The notes under the pieces: generated by a model
What the model was told of the DNA's origin: nothing
The model's database searches: none
The model's input: the letters and a program-made list of their open reading frames with translations, nothing else
Assembly (NCBI GenBank): GCA_028711705.1
Contig: JAQTRS010000001.1
Span: 201,657-265,656 of the forward strand
Source: Candidatus Moraniibacteriota bacterium
GTDB lineage: Bacteria; Patescibacteriota; Minisyncoccia; Moranbacterales; UBA1568
DNA length: 64,000 nucleotides
Direction of reading: 5' to 3'
Part shown: positions 56,285 through 64,000 of the stretch, piece by piece
How positions within the stretch are numbered: position 1 is the stretch's first letter
Layout of the letters: the number at the start of each line of letters is the position of its first letter
Made by a program: the position numbers and the translations under genes

Positions 56285-56851
56285 TTATTCTTTTTGTGCG
56301 GATTGCAATGATTCGATCGCCAACAACACGCGCTCATCATGCATAAGCGCCTCATATTCGGGAAGCTCCGAAACCGACTGCAGTCCGAGCTCCTTCAGGA
56401 ACTGGAACGAGATGGTATACAGATAGCCGCGCGCGTCATCTTCATTTTCCTTGCGCTCGATCAGCTCACGCAAAAGAAGGCTCCGCAGCGTGACGCTGCA
56501 GTTCACCCCGCGTATCGCCTCGATCTCGGATCGTGCGATCGGACCGCGGTAGGCGATGACCGCAAGCACCTCAAGCGCCGCCTTGCTCAAAGACTCCTGC
56601 ATGGCGCTCTTGGTGAACTTCTCGATATACACGGCATTATCACCCTTGGTCACCAATTGCACCCTATCCTCGATACGCACCAAAGAAAGTCCGCTTTCAA
56701 GCTGTTCGTACCTTTCCACCAGATCCGAAAGTCCCTGAAGCACGGCTTCTTCGGAAAGCTCGAGTGCCTGCCCGATACGCGCCACCGACAAAGGTTCCCC
56801 GTATGAAAAGAGGATGGATTCTATTGCGGACATGGTTTCGTGCGTGCTCAT
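56285..56851 (-). CDS. scpB: segregation and condensation protein B
   Basis: Two winged-helix domains (IESILFSYGEPLSV). Confidence 0.85.
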   Translation of the reverse strand: MSTHETMSAIESILFSYGEPLSVARIGQALELSEEAVLQGLSDLVERYEQLESGLSLVRIEDRVQLVTKGDNAVYIEKFTKSAMQESLSKAALEVLAVIAYRGPIARSEIEAIRGVNCSVTLRSLLLRELIERKENEDDARGYLYTISFQFLKELGLQSVSELPEYEALMHDERVLLAIESLQSAQKE

Positions 56852-56869
56852 GGGTCTTCGTATAGATGA

Positions 56870-57595
56870 TTATGCGGCCGATTTCTCTTTGCGCTCATTC
56901 TGTTTCAATCGGATTTCGGAGAAGAGCTCACCTTGCTCCACCTGTATCATCCGTTGCTTCACGAGCTCGAGCATGGCCAGAAATGAAACGATCACGTCCA
57001 CCTTATTCTTGGCATGAGCCACGATATCCGTAAACGAAGTCTCTGCCTTCCTTTGCAGCATCGCCTGCAGCGACACGATCTTCTCTTCCAGCGTCACCAC
57101 CTCTTCCACCATCTTCTCTTCCAATTTCTCCAATACCGGGATTTCGCCAAGCACCCTTTTGAAGTGCGTCGTAAGATCGGATGGCATCATCCCGAACGGC
57201 GGATAGAACAAACTTTGCACCGAAAAATACCCCTCTTTGGCGTGCATCATGCGTTTGGCATCAAGCATGCCTTTCAAACGCAGCGCCGCCTCCTTGAATT
57301 TTTTGTACTCCTTGAGCTGATACTCCAAGTCCTCTATCGCCTCCTCTTCCTCATCATCGAAGGTCAAAAGCGGCAAAAGCGCCTTGGACTTGATCAGGAT
57401 GAGGCGCGATGCGATGACCAGAAACCAGGAAAGGTTCTGAAGCGATATCGATTTCTGCGTGGCGATATACTCCAGATACTGATCCGTTATGGCAGCCAGA
57501 CTCACGCGCGTCACATCCAATTTCTGTTTCTCAATCAACGCAAGCAGGAGTTCAAGCGGCCCTTCAAATTGCGGTAATTGTATGTGATACGCCAT
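56870..57595 (-). CDS. scpA: segregation and condensation protein A (kleisin)
   Basis: FEGPLELLLALIEKQKLDV N-terminal motif. Confidence 0.85.
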   Translation of the reverse strand: MAYHIQLPQFEGPLELLLALIEKQKLDVTRVSLAAITDQYLEYIATQKSISLQNLSWFLVIASRLILIKSKALLPLLTFDDEEEEAIEDLEYQLKEYKKFKEAALRLKGMLDAKRMMHAKEGYFSVQSLFYPPFGMMPSDLTTHFKRVLGEIPVLEKLEEKMVEEVVTLEEKIVSLQAMLQRKAETSFTDIVAHAKNKVDVIVSFLAMLELVKQRMIQVEQGELFSEIRLKQNERKEKSAA

Positions 57596-57744
57596 ATACT
57601 CATCATTTCTTGTCCAATCAGTTTCTACATTGTACCACTTTTTCGCGATTTTGAAAAAAGGACAGCTGGAGATAACCCTCCCGATATGAAAACATCACCC
57701 CCGCCAAGGGATGATGTTTAAAAAACGTGTAAGTATCGATCTTT

Positions 57745-58407
57745 CTACTGGACGATACGATACGAAGACTTCGGACTCTTGCCTCCCGTCTTCAGATCGA
57801 CTGCGTACCAGCTGTATGATCCGGGCGCTTTATTCGCCTTGTAATTCAGTGAGAAAGTTCCCTGTTTATTCGTCCGGACAATGACCGGCGCATAGTATCC
57901 GCCATCACTCTTGGAAAAATACAAGGCGACGGACCTGTTCTTCGCGAAATACTTGCCGCTCTGCACCAAAGTATCGCCTCGCTTCACAATCTTGGAAGAA
58001 ACCTTGATCGTCTTTGTATGATCGACTTTCTTTTTCTGAGCATCCCGTTTGACTGGCAATGCTGCTGCCTGAGCCGGCTGTTCTGCTACGGGTACCACGT
58101 TAACTACAGGTGCGGCCGGTACGACAGAAACCTCAGAGGTAACTGGTGTTTCTGGAATAGCCGGCGTTTCAGGGATAACCGGGATTTCGGGAACGACAGG
58201 GGTTTCGGGAATAACCGGGTCTACAGACTCATTTTCATCTTCATCTTCATCCTCGTCATCATTCGTATCATTCTCGGTATCGTGATATCCATAGCCGTAA
58301 CCATAACCGTAGCCATACGCTATCCCGATGAAACTCTGCCCTGCCAGGCCCAACACCATCACAACGATCACCAGCGACGCAAAAACCCTGTTCTTCTCAT
58401 TCTTCAT
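57745..58407 (-). CDS. secreted repeat protein (YGYGYGYGY, acidic DEDEDEDE run, PETP repeats, C-terminal beta domain)
   Basis: Signal/anchor helix. Low-complexity repeats are visible in the DNA at 58140-58330. Confidence 0.5.
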   Translation of the reverse strand: MKNEKNRVFASLVIVVMVLGLAGQSFIGIAYGYGYGYGYGYHDTENDTNDDEDEDEDENESVDPVIPETPVVPEIPVIPETPAIPETPVTSEVSVVPAAPVVNVVPVAEQPAQAAALPVKRDAQKKKVDHTKTIKVSSKIVKRGDTLVQSGKYFAKNRSVALYFSKSDGGYYAPVIVRTNKQGTFSLNYKANKAPGSYSWYAVDLKTGGKSPKSSYRIVQ

Positions 58408-58511
58408 GAAGTATCTATTACACATTATCCCTAAGCGAAAGCAAAATCCGCTTAACGATAGACACTAGCACAAAAAAATGATTCCGTCAATGTGGTTGAA
58501 AAAATTTGGCT

Positions 58512-60167
58512 CTACATGGCTTCAAAAACGTTACGCCGCCATCGATAGATAAAGATACCCTGACCGGAAGGCTGCTTGTCGCCCCAAAATAATTCCGCAT
58601 CGTTTCGGATGAAATCGACATACCGAGGATCCACTCTATCCAGGGCCATATCGTCAAGAAGAACGTAAACATCGGATTGCGCCGAGAGTTTCTTGAATTG
58701 GGCGATTGAGAGTATTTCGGGGGCGCCTGAATAGTACTCCTTATGTTCATTCGTCACCGACAGATCCCCTTCCCGACCGGTATACGAAAGCGCGAGCGCG
58801 TAATCGGCACGACCGAGGTATCGCTGGTCCATGAACGGATAGGCGGACACTAAAACATCCTCTGGCAGCATGGTTTCCTTTAGCACCGCATAGGCTGTTT
58901 TGAAATCCGGCTGCGGGGTGTAGGCTTCCAAAGCGAAGAAGGTTTTAGGAGTGAAGAGGAATGACTTCACGGTCAATTGATCGATACCGACACACAGCCC
59001 TACCAGCACTACCAAAGCCAAGGTCTTTCGCTTGAACAAAGACGCCCCATATTCGATGAGAAAAGCAGCGTAGAGGAAAAGGATCGGGGTGATGAAAAAC
59101 AGGTAACGCTTCTGATTCACGTACACGAAGAAGGACATGAACGCAAGACTCAGGAAAAAGAGGGCGATGAGCGCCTGATGCTCTGCGCGGTGCTTCGGGC
59201 GCTTATGCCACGCGATATACCCGCCCACGAGCGCCAGCGCGAATACGATACCGAAACTCTTCCAGAGGTATTCTATGGTATAAAAACCCAGGTATCGGAA
59301 AGAACTCACGAAAGAAACGCCTTGACTGAAGTTTTCCCAAAACCACACCCCTGCGATGAGCATAAGCACGCTCGCGATACTCAGCACCGCCTTGCTTGCC
59401 CCTGAATACGCCCGGCGCTTCTTTGCCAACAGATACCCCGCCCCCACCGCAAAGAGCAGCCCTCCCGAAAGCTTGGACATGACAGCTGCCGCGCCGGACA
59501 ATACGGAAGCTATCAAAAATTTCATCCGCTCCGTTTCCCGATACCGAAATAGGAGCGCAAGGCAGAGCAGCAAGAAAAATACCAGCAGCGAATACGAGCG
59601 TATCTGCCGGCTCCATGCGATATGCCAATACGAAAATGCCATCATGCCCGCGGCGAGCATGGCCACCCGCCTGCCGAACACAGCTTTCCCCAAAAAATAC
59701 ATCACGGCAATGGAAGCGGTACCGAAAACGACCGAGACCATGCGTAGCCAAAGTACGGCATCGCTCACCGGAATCAGACTGAGCAGATAGGGCAAAAGAG
59801 CATCCTTCCACTCCGTCCTTCCGGATGCCAAGAGCGGATAGCCGTGTGCTTGGATAGCTCGCACCTGAGCAAGCGTGAAACCCTCGTCGATCCACAGGCT
59901 CGAAGATCCGACCTGAAACGCCCGCAAGAACAATCCGGCCGCCACGAAAAATATCATCAGGGCGAGCACAGTCATTTTCCTGGTAGCTATTCTCTTGAGT
60001 GAGAGAATATATATACCCTCTCTCCAATCGGAATTCTCCTGCTGCGACGCTATCGACCGCTGCTCCCTCTTGATAAAAAAGGCCGCCAAGAGGCCAATGA
60101 TAAGACCGGCAATAATATCCAGATACATACGAAAACGATTCATAAAGTTACCGCCCGCTTCCCCCAC
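58512..60167 (-). CDS. GT-C fold glycosyltransferase, family 39 / ArnT-PMT-like
   Basis: More than 10 TM helices. SSLWIDEGFTL DE motif in the first extracytoplasmic loop. C-terminal soluble domain. Confidence 0.75.
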   Translation of the reverse strand: MGEAGGNFMNRFRMYLDIIAGLIIGLLAAFFIKREQRSIASQQENSDWREGIYILSLKRIATRKMTVLALMIFFVAAGLFLRAFQVGSSSLWIDEGFTLAQVRAIQAHGYPLLASGRTEWKDALLPYLLSLIPVSDAVLWLRMVSVVFGTASIAVMYFLGKAVFGRRVAMLAAGMMAFSYWHIAWSRQIRSYSLLVFFLLLCLALLFRYRETERMKFLIASVLSGAAAVMSKLSGGLLFAVGAGYLLAKKRRAYSGASKAVLSIASVLMLIAGVWFWENFSQGVSFVSSFRYLGFYTIEYLWKSFGIVFALALVGGYIAWHKRPKHRAEHQALIALFFLSLAFMSFFVYVNQKRYLFFITPILFLYAAFLIEYGASLFKRKTLALVVLVGLCVGIDQLTVKSFLFTPKTFFALEAYTPQPDFKTAYAVLKETMLPEDVLVSAYPFMDQRYLGRADYALALSYTGREGDLSVTNEHKEYYSGAPEILSIAQFKKLSAQSDVYVLLDDMALDRVDPRYVDFIRNDAELFWGDKQPSGQGIFIYRWRRNVFEAM

Positions 60168-60223
60168 TCTACCAAATATCCCCCTGCTCGCAAAGGAATT
60201 TTGGCCCTATCGAAATGCGAAAC

Positions 60224-61441
60224 CTATTCGTACCGCAACGCCTCGATAGGACTGAGGTTGGCGGCGCGCCTGGCGGGATAGAACCCGAAAATGATACCCA
60301 CGGCCGCTGCTACGCCGAATGCCATGACGACCGAAGATAGTGCGACTTCCGTGGTGAGGCCGGCGAAACGAGAAACAGCCAGCGATGCGAGCCAGCCCAG
60401 AACTACGCCCACCACACCGCCGATAACCGTAAGCATGATAGCTTCTGCTAAAAACTGGAGATTGATATACCGCTTTTTCACCCCGACCGCTTTGCGCAAT
60501 CCGATTTCACGCGTGCGCTCCGTCACGGTCGTAAGCATCATATTCATGATGCCGATACCGCCGACCAAAAGCGAAATACCCGCGATCGATGAAAGCAGGA
60601 TCGTGAACGTGCCAGTGATACTTGAGGCGGTGGAGATGATATCGTTCTGATTGAGGATACTGAAATCCGCCTGCGTCTTATCGGTAATGTTGTGCCTGCG
60701 CAAAAGCAGTGTCTCGATCTGTTGCTGGACCGCGAGCATCGAGCCCTGATCTTTGGCGGCCACGCTGATCGACGAAAGGAATTCATCGCCGGACAAAAAA
60801 TGCTGCACCGTCGTTATAGGGACATAGACCGCATTATCGGGATTGGAAAAACCGGACCCTCCTTTGGTTTTCGTAATGCCGATGATGGCGAAATCGGAAG
60901 AACCGATACGGATGGTCTGCCCGACGGGATTGGCATGGATACCGAACAGGTCATCACGCGCGCTCGGTCCGAGCACGGCCACCTTTTCGGAGGTCTTGAT
61001 CTGCCGCTCATTGAAAAAACTCCCGATATCCATCGAGATATTGCGCACCGTCAAGTATTCCGGCACCGTCCCTATCACTTGCGTATTGGTATTCTTTCCC
61101 TTGGCGGTAATTTGATACCGCCGCGAGGTGTCGGGCGCAAGCGCCTTGATACCTTGCACCTCGCTTCTGATAGCCGTTGCATCATCGGCAATAAGCGTCT
61201 GCGCACTTCCTCTTCCCTGACTCACTGCCGCACCGCGCTGTGCGCCGGGCGTAATGATAATAAGGTTCGAACCGATCGCTTCAATATTCGCCTCGATGGA
61301 TGTCTTCGCGCCCTGCCCGATCGAAACCATGGTAATAACCGAGGCGATACCGATCACGATACCCAAAACCGTGAGACCTGATCTCATCTTATTGGCCGAA
61401 AGCGACCAGAATACTTCTTTCAAGATATCGGTGATAATCAT
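60224..61441 (-). CDS. ABC transporter permease (MacB/FtsX family)
   Basis: N-terminal TM, large periplasmic domain, C-terminal FtsX-type 3-TM bundle. Confidence 0.88.
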   Translation of the reverse strand: MIITDILKEVFWSLSANKMRSGLTVLGIVIGIASVITMVSIGQGAKTSIEANIEAIGSNLIIITPGAQRGAAVSQGRGSAQTLIADDATAIRSEVQGIKALAPDTSRRYQITAKGKNTNTQVIGTVPEYLTVRNISMDIGSFFNERQIKTSEKVAVLGPSARDDLFGIHANPVGQTIRIGSSDFAIIGITKTKGGSGFSNPDNAVYVPITTVQHFLSGDEFLSSISVAAKDQGSMLAVQQQIETLLLRRHNITDKTQADFSILNQNDIISTASSITGTFTILLSSIAGISLLVGGIGIMNMMLTTVTERTREIGLRKAVGVKKRYINLQFLAEAIMLTVIGGVVGVVLGWLASLAVSRFAGLTTEVALSSVVMAFGVAAAVGIIFGFYPARRAANLSPIEALRYE

Positions 61442-62115
61442 ACGAATATGTCTTTTTCAATAAGCCCGTCACGGATAGAAATGATGCGCTTGGCATACTG
61501 CGCTATTTCCATCTCATGCGTGATAAGGATGATGGTGTGCCCTTCGCTGTTGAGTTTCTGAAAAGTCCGCATCACGACTTGACTGGTCTTGGTATCCAGA
61601 TTCCCTGTCGGCTCGTCCGCGAGAATGATCGCCGGGCGATTGATGAGCGCACGTGCGATAGCCACACGCTGCATCTGCCCTCCCGACAGCTGATTCGACA
61701 AGCTGTAGAGCTTACCCTCTTCCATGCCCGCATAGCGAAGCGCCTCGATAGCCCTTGCCTCCCGCTCTTTTTCGGAGGTATCCGTATACAGAAGCGGCAG
61801 CATCACATTGCGCAGCACGGTCGTGCGCGGCAGCAGATTGAAAGACTGGAACACGAAGCCGATCTTCTTGTGCCGCACTTCGGATAATTCATCGTCATCA
61901 AGCGTCGAGACTTCCCTGTCATCCAAAAAATACGTCCCGCCTGTCGGCGTGTCCAGTGCCCCAAGGATGGACATGAGCGTCGACTTGCCCGATCCGGACG
62001 GCCCGATAATCGCCACGAACTCCCCCTTCTTTATATGAAACGAGACACCGCGAAGCGCCTGCGTTTCCACGTCGCCGTTGCGGTATGTTTTTGTGAGATT
62101 CTTGCATTCGATCAT
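61438..62115 (-). CDS. ABC transporter ATP-binding protein (MacB/LolD-like)
   Basis: GPSGSGKST Walker [16 protein letters not shown] signature and [11 protein letters not shown] Walker B. 4-nt overlap with the permease. Confidence 0.9.
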   Translation of the reverse strand: MIECKNLTKTYRNGDVETQALRGVSFHIKKGEFVAIIGPSGSGKSTLMSILGALDTPTGGTYFLDDREVSTLDDDELSEVRHKKIGFVFQSFNLLPRTTVLRNVMLPLLYTDTSEKEREARAIEALRYAGMEEGKLYSLSNQLSGGQMQRVAIARALINRPAIILADEPTGNLDTKTSQVVMRTFQKLNSEGHTIILITHEMEIAQYAKRIISIRDGLIEKDIFV

Positions 62116-62127
62116 AGCGCTTGCATA

Positions 62128-63309
62128 TTATCTTCCGCCCCCGCCGCCCAGGCCAGGTATACGGAAACTTCCCGATGAAGAACCGGTCGTAGGAGCATTC
62201 GGATCGATGGTCTGCGTAACAACTTTATCACCCACGTTCACACCGCGGAGTACCTCCGATACGGATGTATTGGAAATTCCCGTCTCGATGCGCTGCCTTC
62301 GAGGGACATTATTGGAAAGTACCTCGACATACGCCCCCTGCGCATCGCTCTTCAAGGCGCTATTGGGAATCATGACCGCGTCTTCCTTGGTATCATTGAT
62401 GATGGCGGAAGACACACTCATATTCGGCTTGATACGCTCATCGAGCGTATCGAAGCTCAGCTGCACCGTATACATCACCACACCCTGCGTCACCGTTCCC
62501 AGCGAATCGATCTTCTCCACCTTGCCGGAAATGACCACATCATCCAGCGCACTGAACTTGATCTCTGCCTTCTGTCCGATGGCTATTTTCGGAATATCCA
62601 CCTCGTTGACTTTGACCGAGGCCTTGATCGTCGTCAGATCGCCGAGTATCATCGGGGAAAGTTTGGTGTTACCTGATGAGATCTTGGCCAAATCATCCCC
62701 GTTCTTGATATTGATCTCATTGACCGTCCCGTCTATGGGCGCCAGAACCTGCCGTTTTTTGGCATCATTGGCGGTCTTGAAATACGCCAGGCGGCTCGCG
62801 ATGATATTGCGCTCCACCACGTCGATATTCTGCTCGGCCACATCCACCCTCTGTTTCAGGATCTGAAGCTCCCTTTGGGTGAACGCGCTCCCATCCTTCT
62901 TGTCCTTCTTCTTCGCATTCACATAATCTGACCGTGCTTCCTTCCTGTTCAAATACGCCGAATCGATAGAGTTTTTCGTCTGCAGATTCGAGGCGGTCGC
63001 CCTGGCCACGTCCACCGACAGCTGATCATTCACGATGCTAAACAAGAGCTGACCTTTTTTGACAAAGTCTCCTTGCGCCACCGAAAGGCCCGTCACCGTT
63101 CCTGTGATCGTCGGATCCACCGTCGCGGATTGGTCCACTATCACGTTGCCGCTTCCCGAAACCGACGAGGTGATCATTCCTCTCTCGACAGGGGCCGTGA
63201 CATACTCCACGACGCCCGTTTTCGACTGCCTCAAATTATACCAATAATATCCGCCGATAGCTGCAAGGATTATAAGGCCGATCGTCCATTTATTCCATTT
63301 CATACGCAA
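62128..63309 (-). CDS. efflux transporter periplasmic adaptor subunit (HlyD/MacA-type membrane fusion protein)
   Basis: N-terminal TM, lipoyl/biotinyl-like hairpin plus coiled coil, beta-barrel, C-terminal Gly-rich tail. Confidence 0.8.
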   Translation of the reverse strand: MRMKWNKWTIGLIILAAIGGYYWYNLRQSKTGVVEYVTAPVERGMITSSVSGSGNVIVDQSATVDPTITGTVTGLSVAQGDFVKKGQLLFSIVNDQLSVDVARATASNLQTKNSIDSAYLNRKEARSDYVNAKKKDKKDGSAFTQRELQILKQRVDVAEQNIDVVERNIIASRLAYFKTANDAKKRQVLAPIDGTVNEINIKNGDDLAKISSGNTKLSPMILGDLTTIKASVKVNEVDIPKIAIGQKAEIKFSALDDVVISGKVEKIDSLGTVTQGVVMYTVQLSFDTLDERIKPNMSVSSAIINDTKEDAVMIPNSALKSDAQGAYVEVLSNNVPRRQRIETGISNTSVSEVLRGVNVGDKVVTQTIDPNAPTTGSSSGSFRIPGLGGGGGR

Positions 63310-63460
63310 AATTATACGGGTTGAATCGCTCCTTCAACTATAACCCTTTCCTTTCGTATATGCAAACACGGGCTGTATCTGTAAGGGACCGGCCCTTTCG
63401 CGCATCGCTACATAAAAAAGAGACCTTCGTATTCCGATGACACGAAGATCTCAAACCGTT

Positions 63461-64000
63461 CTATGGCTCTTGGCACTGCTTCGCACCGCAGATGAATACC
63501 CGGAAACCGGAAAATTCCGGGACCTTGGCATCGGGTTCCCAGCTGTCGATGCCCCAGCCATCATACCCTCCGAGCCGATGCACGCCTATGACACGGATCG
63601 TACCGAACACATCCAGATAAAAAACGTTGAACGCATCCGTATTGACGCGCAGCGCCCCCGATTCTTCACCCTGCCATTGTTTATAGATGAGCCACGCGAT
63701 GCAAGCCAATCCATCAACAAGACCGAGGGCATAACCATGGGGAAACTTCGCCCGAATTTCCCGATCCCATAAATTTTCACGTAAATCGAAATAATCGACG
63801 ACTATCCGATCGCTTCGGAACGAGCTACCGTTGATATAACGGAGCACGCTGTTCACGAAACCCTCGAAACTATGCAACCCCCGTTTCGATGTGAAAAAAC
63901 CGACCAGATCCATATTATTCTGCGGACCGAGATCGATCGAATCCACATACAAAAACTCCGTTGAAACATGCTGGTACGTCTTCGGCACACCCCTCGACAC
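63461..64000 (-). CDS. hypothetical secreted-family protein, paralog of 2089..2700 (5' end lies beyond the window edge)
   Basis: The ORF continues past 64000. Aligns over roughly 70 aa with the 2089..2700 product. Confidence 0.5.
   Translation of the reverse strand: MSRGVPKTYQHVSTEFLYVDSIDLGPQNNMDLVGFFTSKRGLHSFEGFVNSVLRYINGSSFRSDRIVVDYFDLRENLWDREIRAKFPHGYALGLVDGLACIAWLIYKQWQGEESGALRVNTDAFNVFYLDVFGTIRVIGVHRLGGYDGWGIDSWEPDAKVPEFSGFRVFICGAKQCQEP

Noticed and set aside
1-64000. Search for CRISPR arrays, transposases or IS elements, integrases and rRNA genes
   Set aside because: There are no regularly spaced direct repeats with unique spacers, and no DDE, serine or tyrosine recombinase-like ORFs or rRNA-like sequence in the window. 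The only mobile-element-like signals are the GIY-YIG/tRNA locus and the short dispersed repeats reported above.

Overview
The window looks like a compact, gene-dense bacterial chromosome segment of roughly 52% GC with several AT-rich islands. Intergenic spacers are short, proteins are small, and there are many intrinsic terminators. That is compatible with a streamlined, possibly CPR/Patescibacteria-like bacterium, but this is inference from the sequence alone.

Most of the window is recognisable core machinery:
- Replication and chromosome maintenance: dnaE, dnaX, rnhB, a short SMC, scpA, scpB.
- Translation and transcription: secE-nusG-rplK-rplA, rpsP-rplJ-rplL, rpmF, nusB, rnc, trmD, miaA, gatB and one tRNA-Gln.
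- Cell envelope: a SEDS-family protein, mraY, an S11 carboxypeptidase, an M23 peptidase, rmlBCD, two GtrA proteins, a GT39-like glycosyltransferase, two DedA proteins and a MacAB-like efflux set.
- Glycolysis: eno and pgk.
- A contiguous de novo dTTP / nucleotide-sanitising operon (dcd, thyA, folA, tmk-like, dut, DNPH1-like) and a class III ribonucleotide reductase (nrdD, nrdG).
- An ECF sigma/anti-sigma module with secreted acidic calcium-binding proteins and ApbE.

The regions that deserve a second look are:
1. A tandem array of three small-protein cassettes between dnaE and miaA. Each has its own consensus sigma-70 promoter, a conserved leader and its own intrinsic terminator. Two of the three proteins are paralogous, and the promoter element is shared face-to-face with the miaA promoter.
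2. A small GIY-YIG nuclease gene sandwiched between a 5' tRNA-Gln fragment and the intact tRNA-Gln.
3. An alternative oxidase (AOX) gene immediately followed by dsbB, which would form a minimal quinol-to-oxygen electron sink for disulfide bond formation.
4. A hinge-less mini-SMC.
5. Recurrent short sequence elements: a 27-bp repeat beside terminators, an ATCACCC/GGGTGAT terminator stem family, and TTGATTG microsatellite-like tracts inside coding regions.
6. An unlisted 48-aa membrane-protein ORF downstream of rnc.
7. Hairpins placed between thyA and folA and immediately upstream of rplJ that look like attenuators.

No CRISPR array, transposase or rRNA gene was seen. The many long ORFs antisense to conserved genes were rejected as artefacts.
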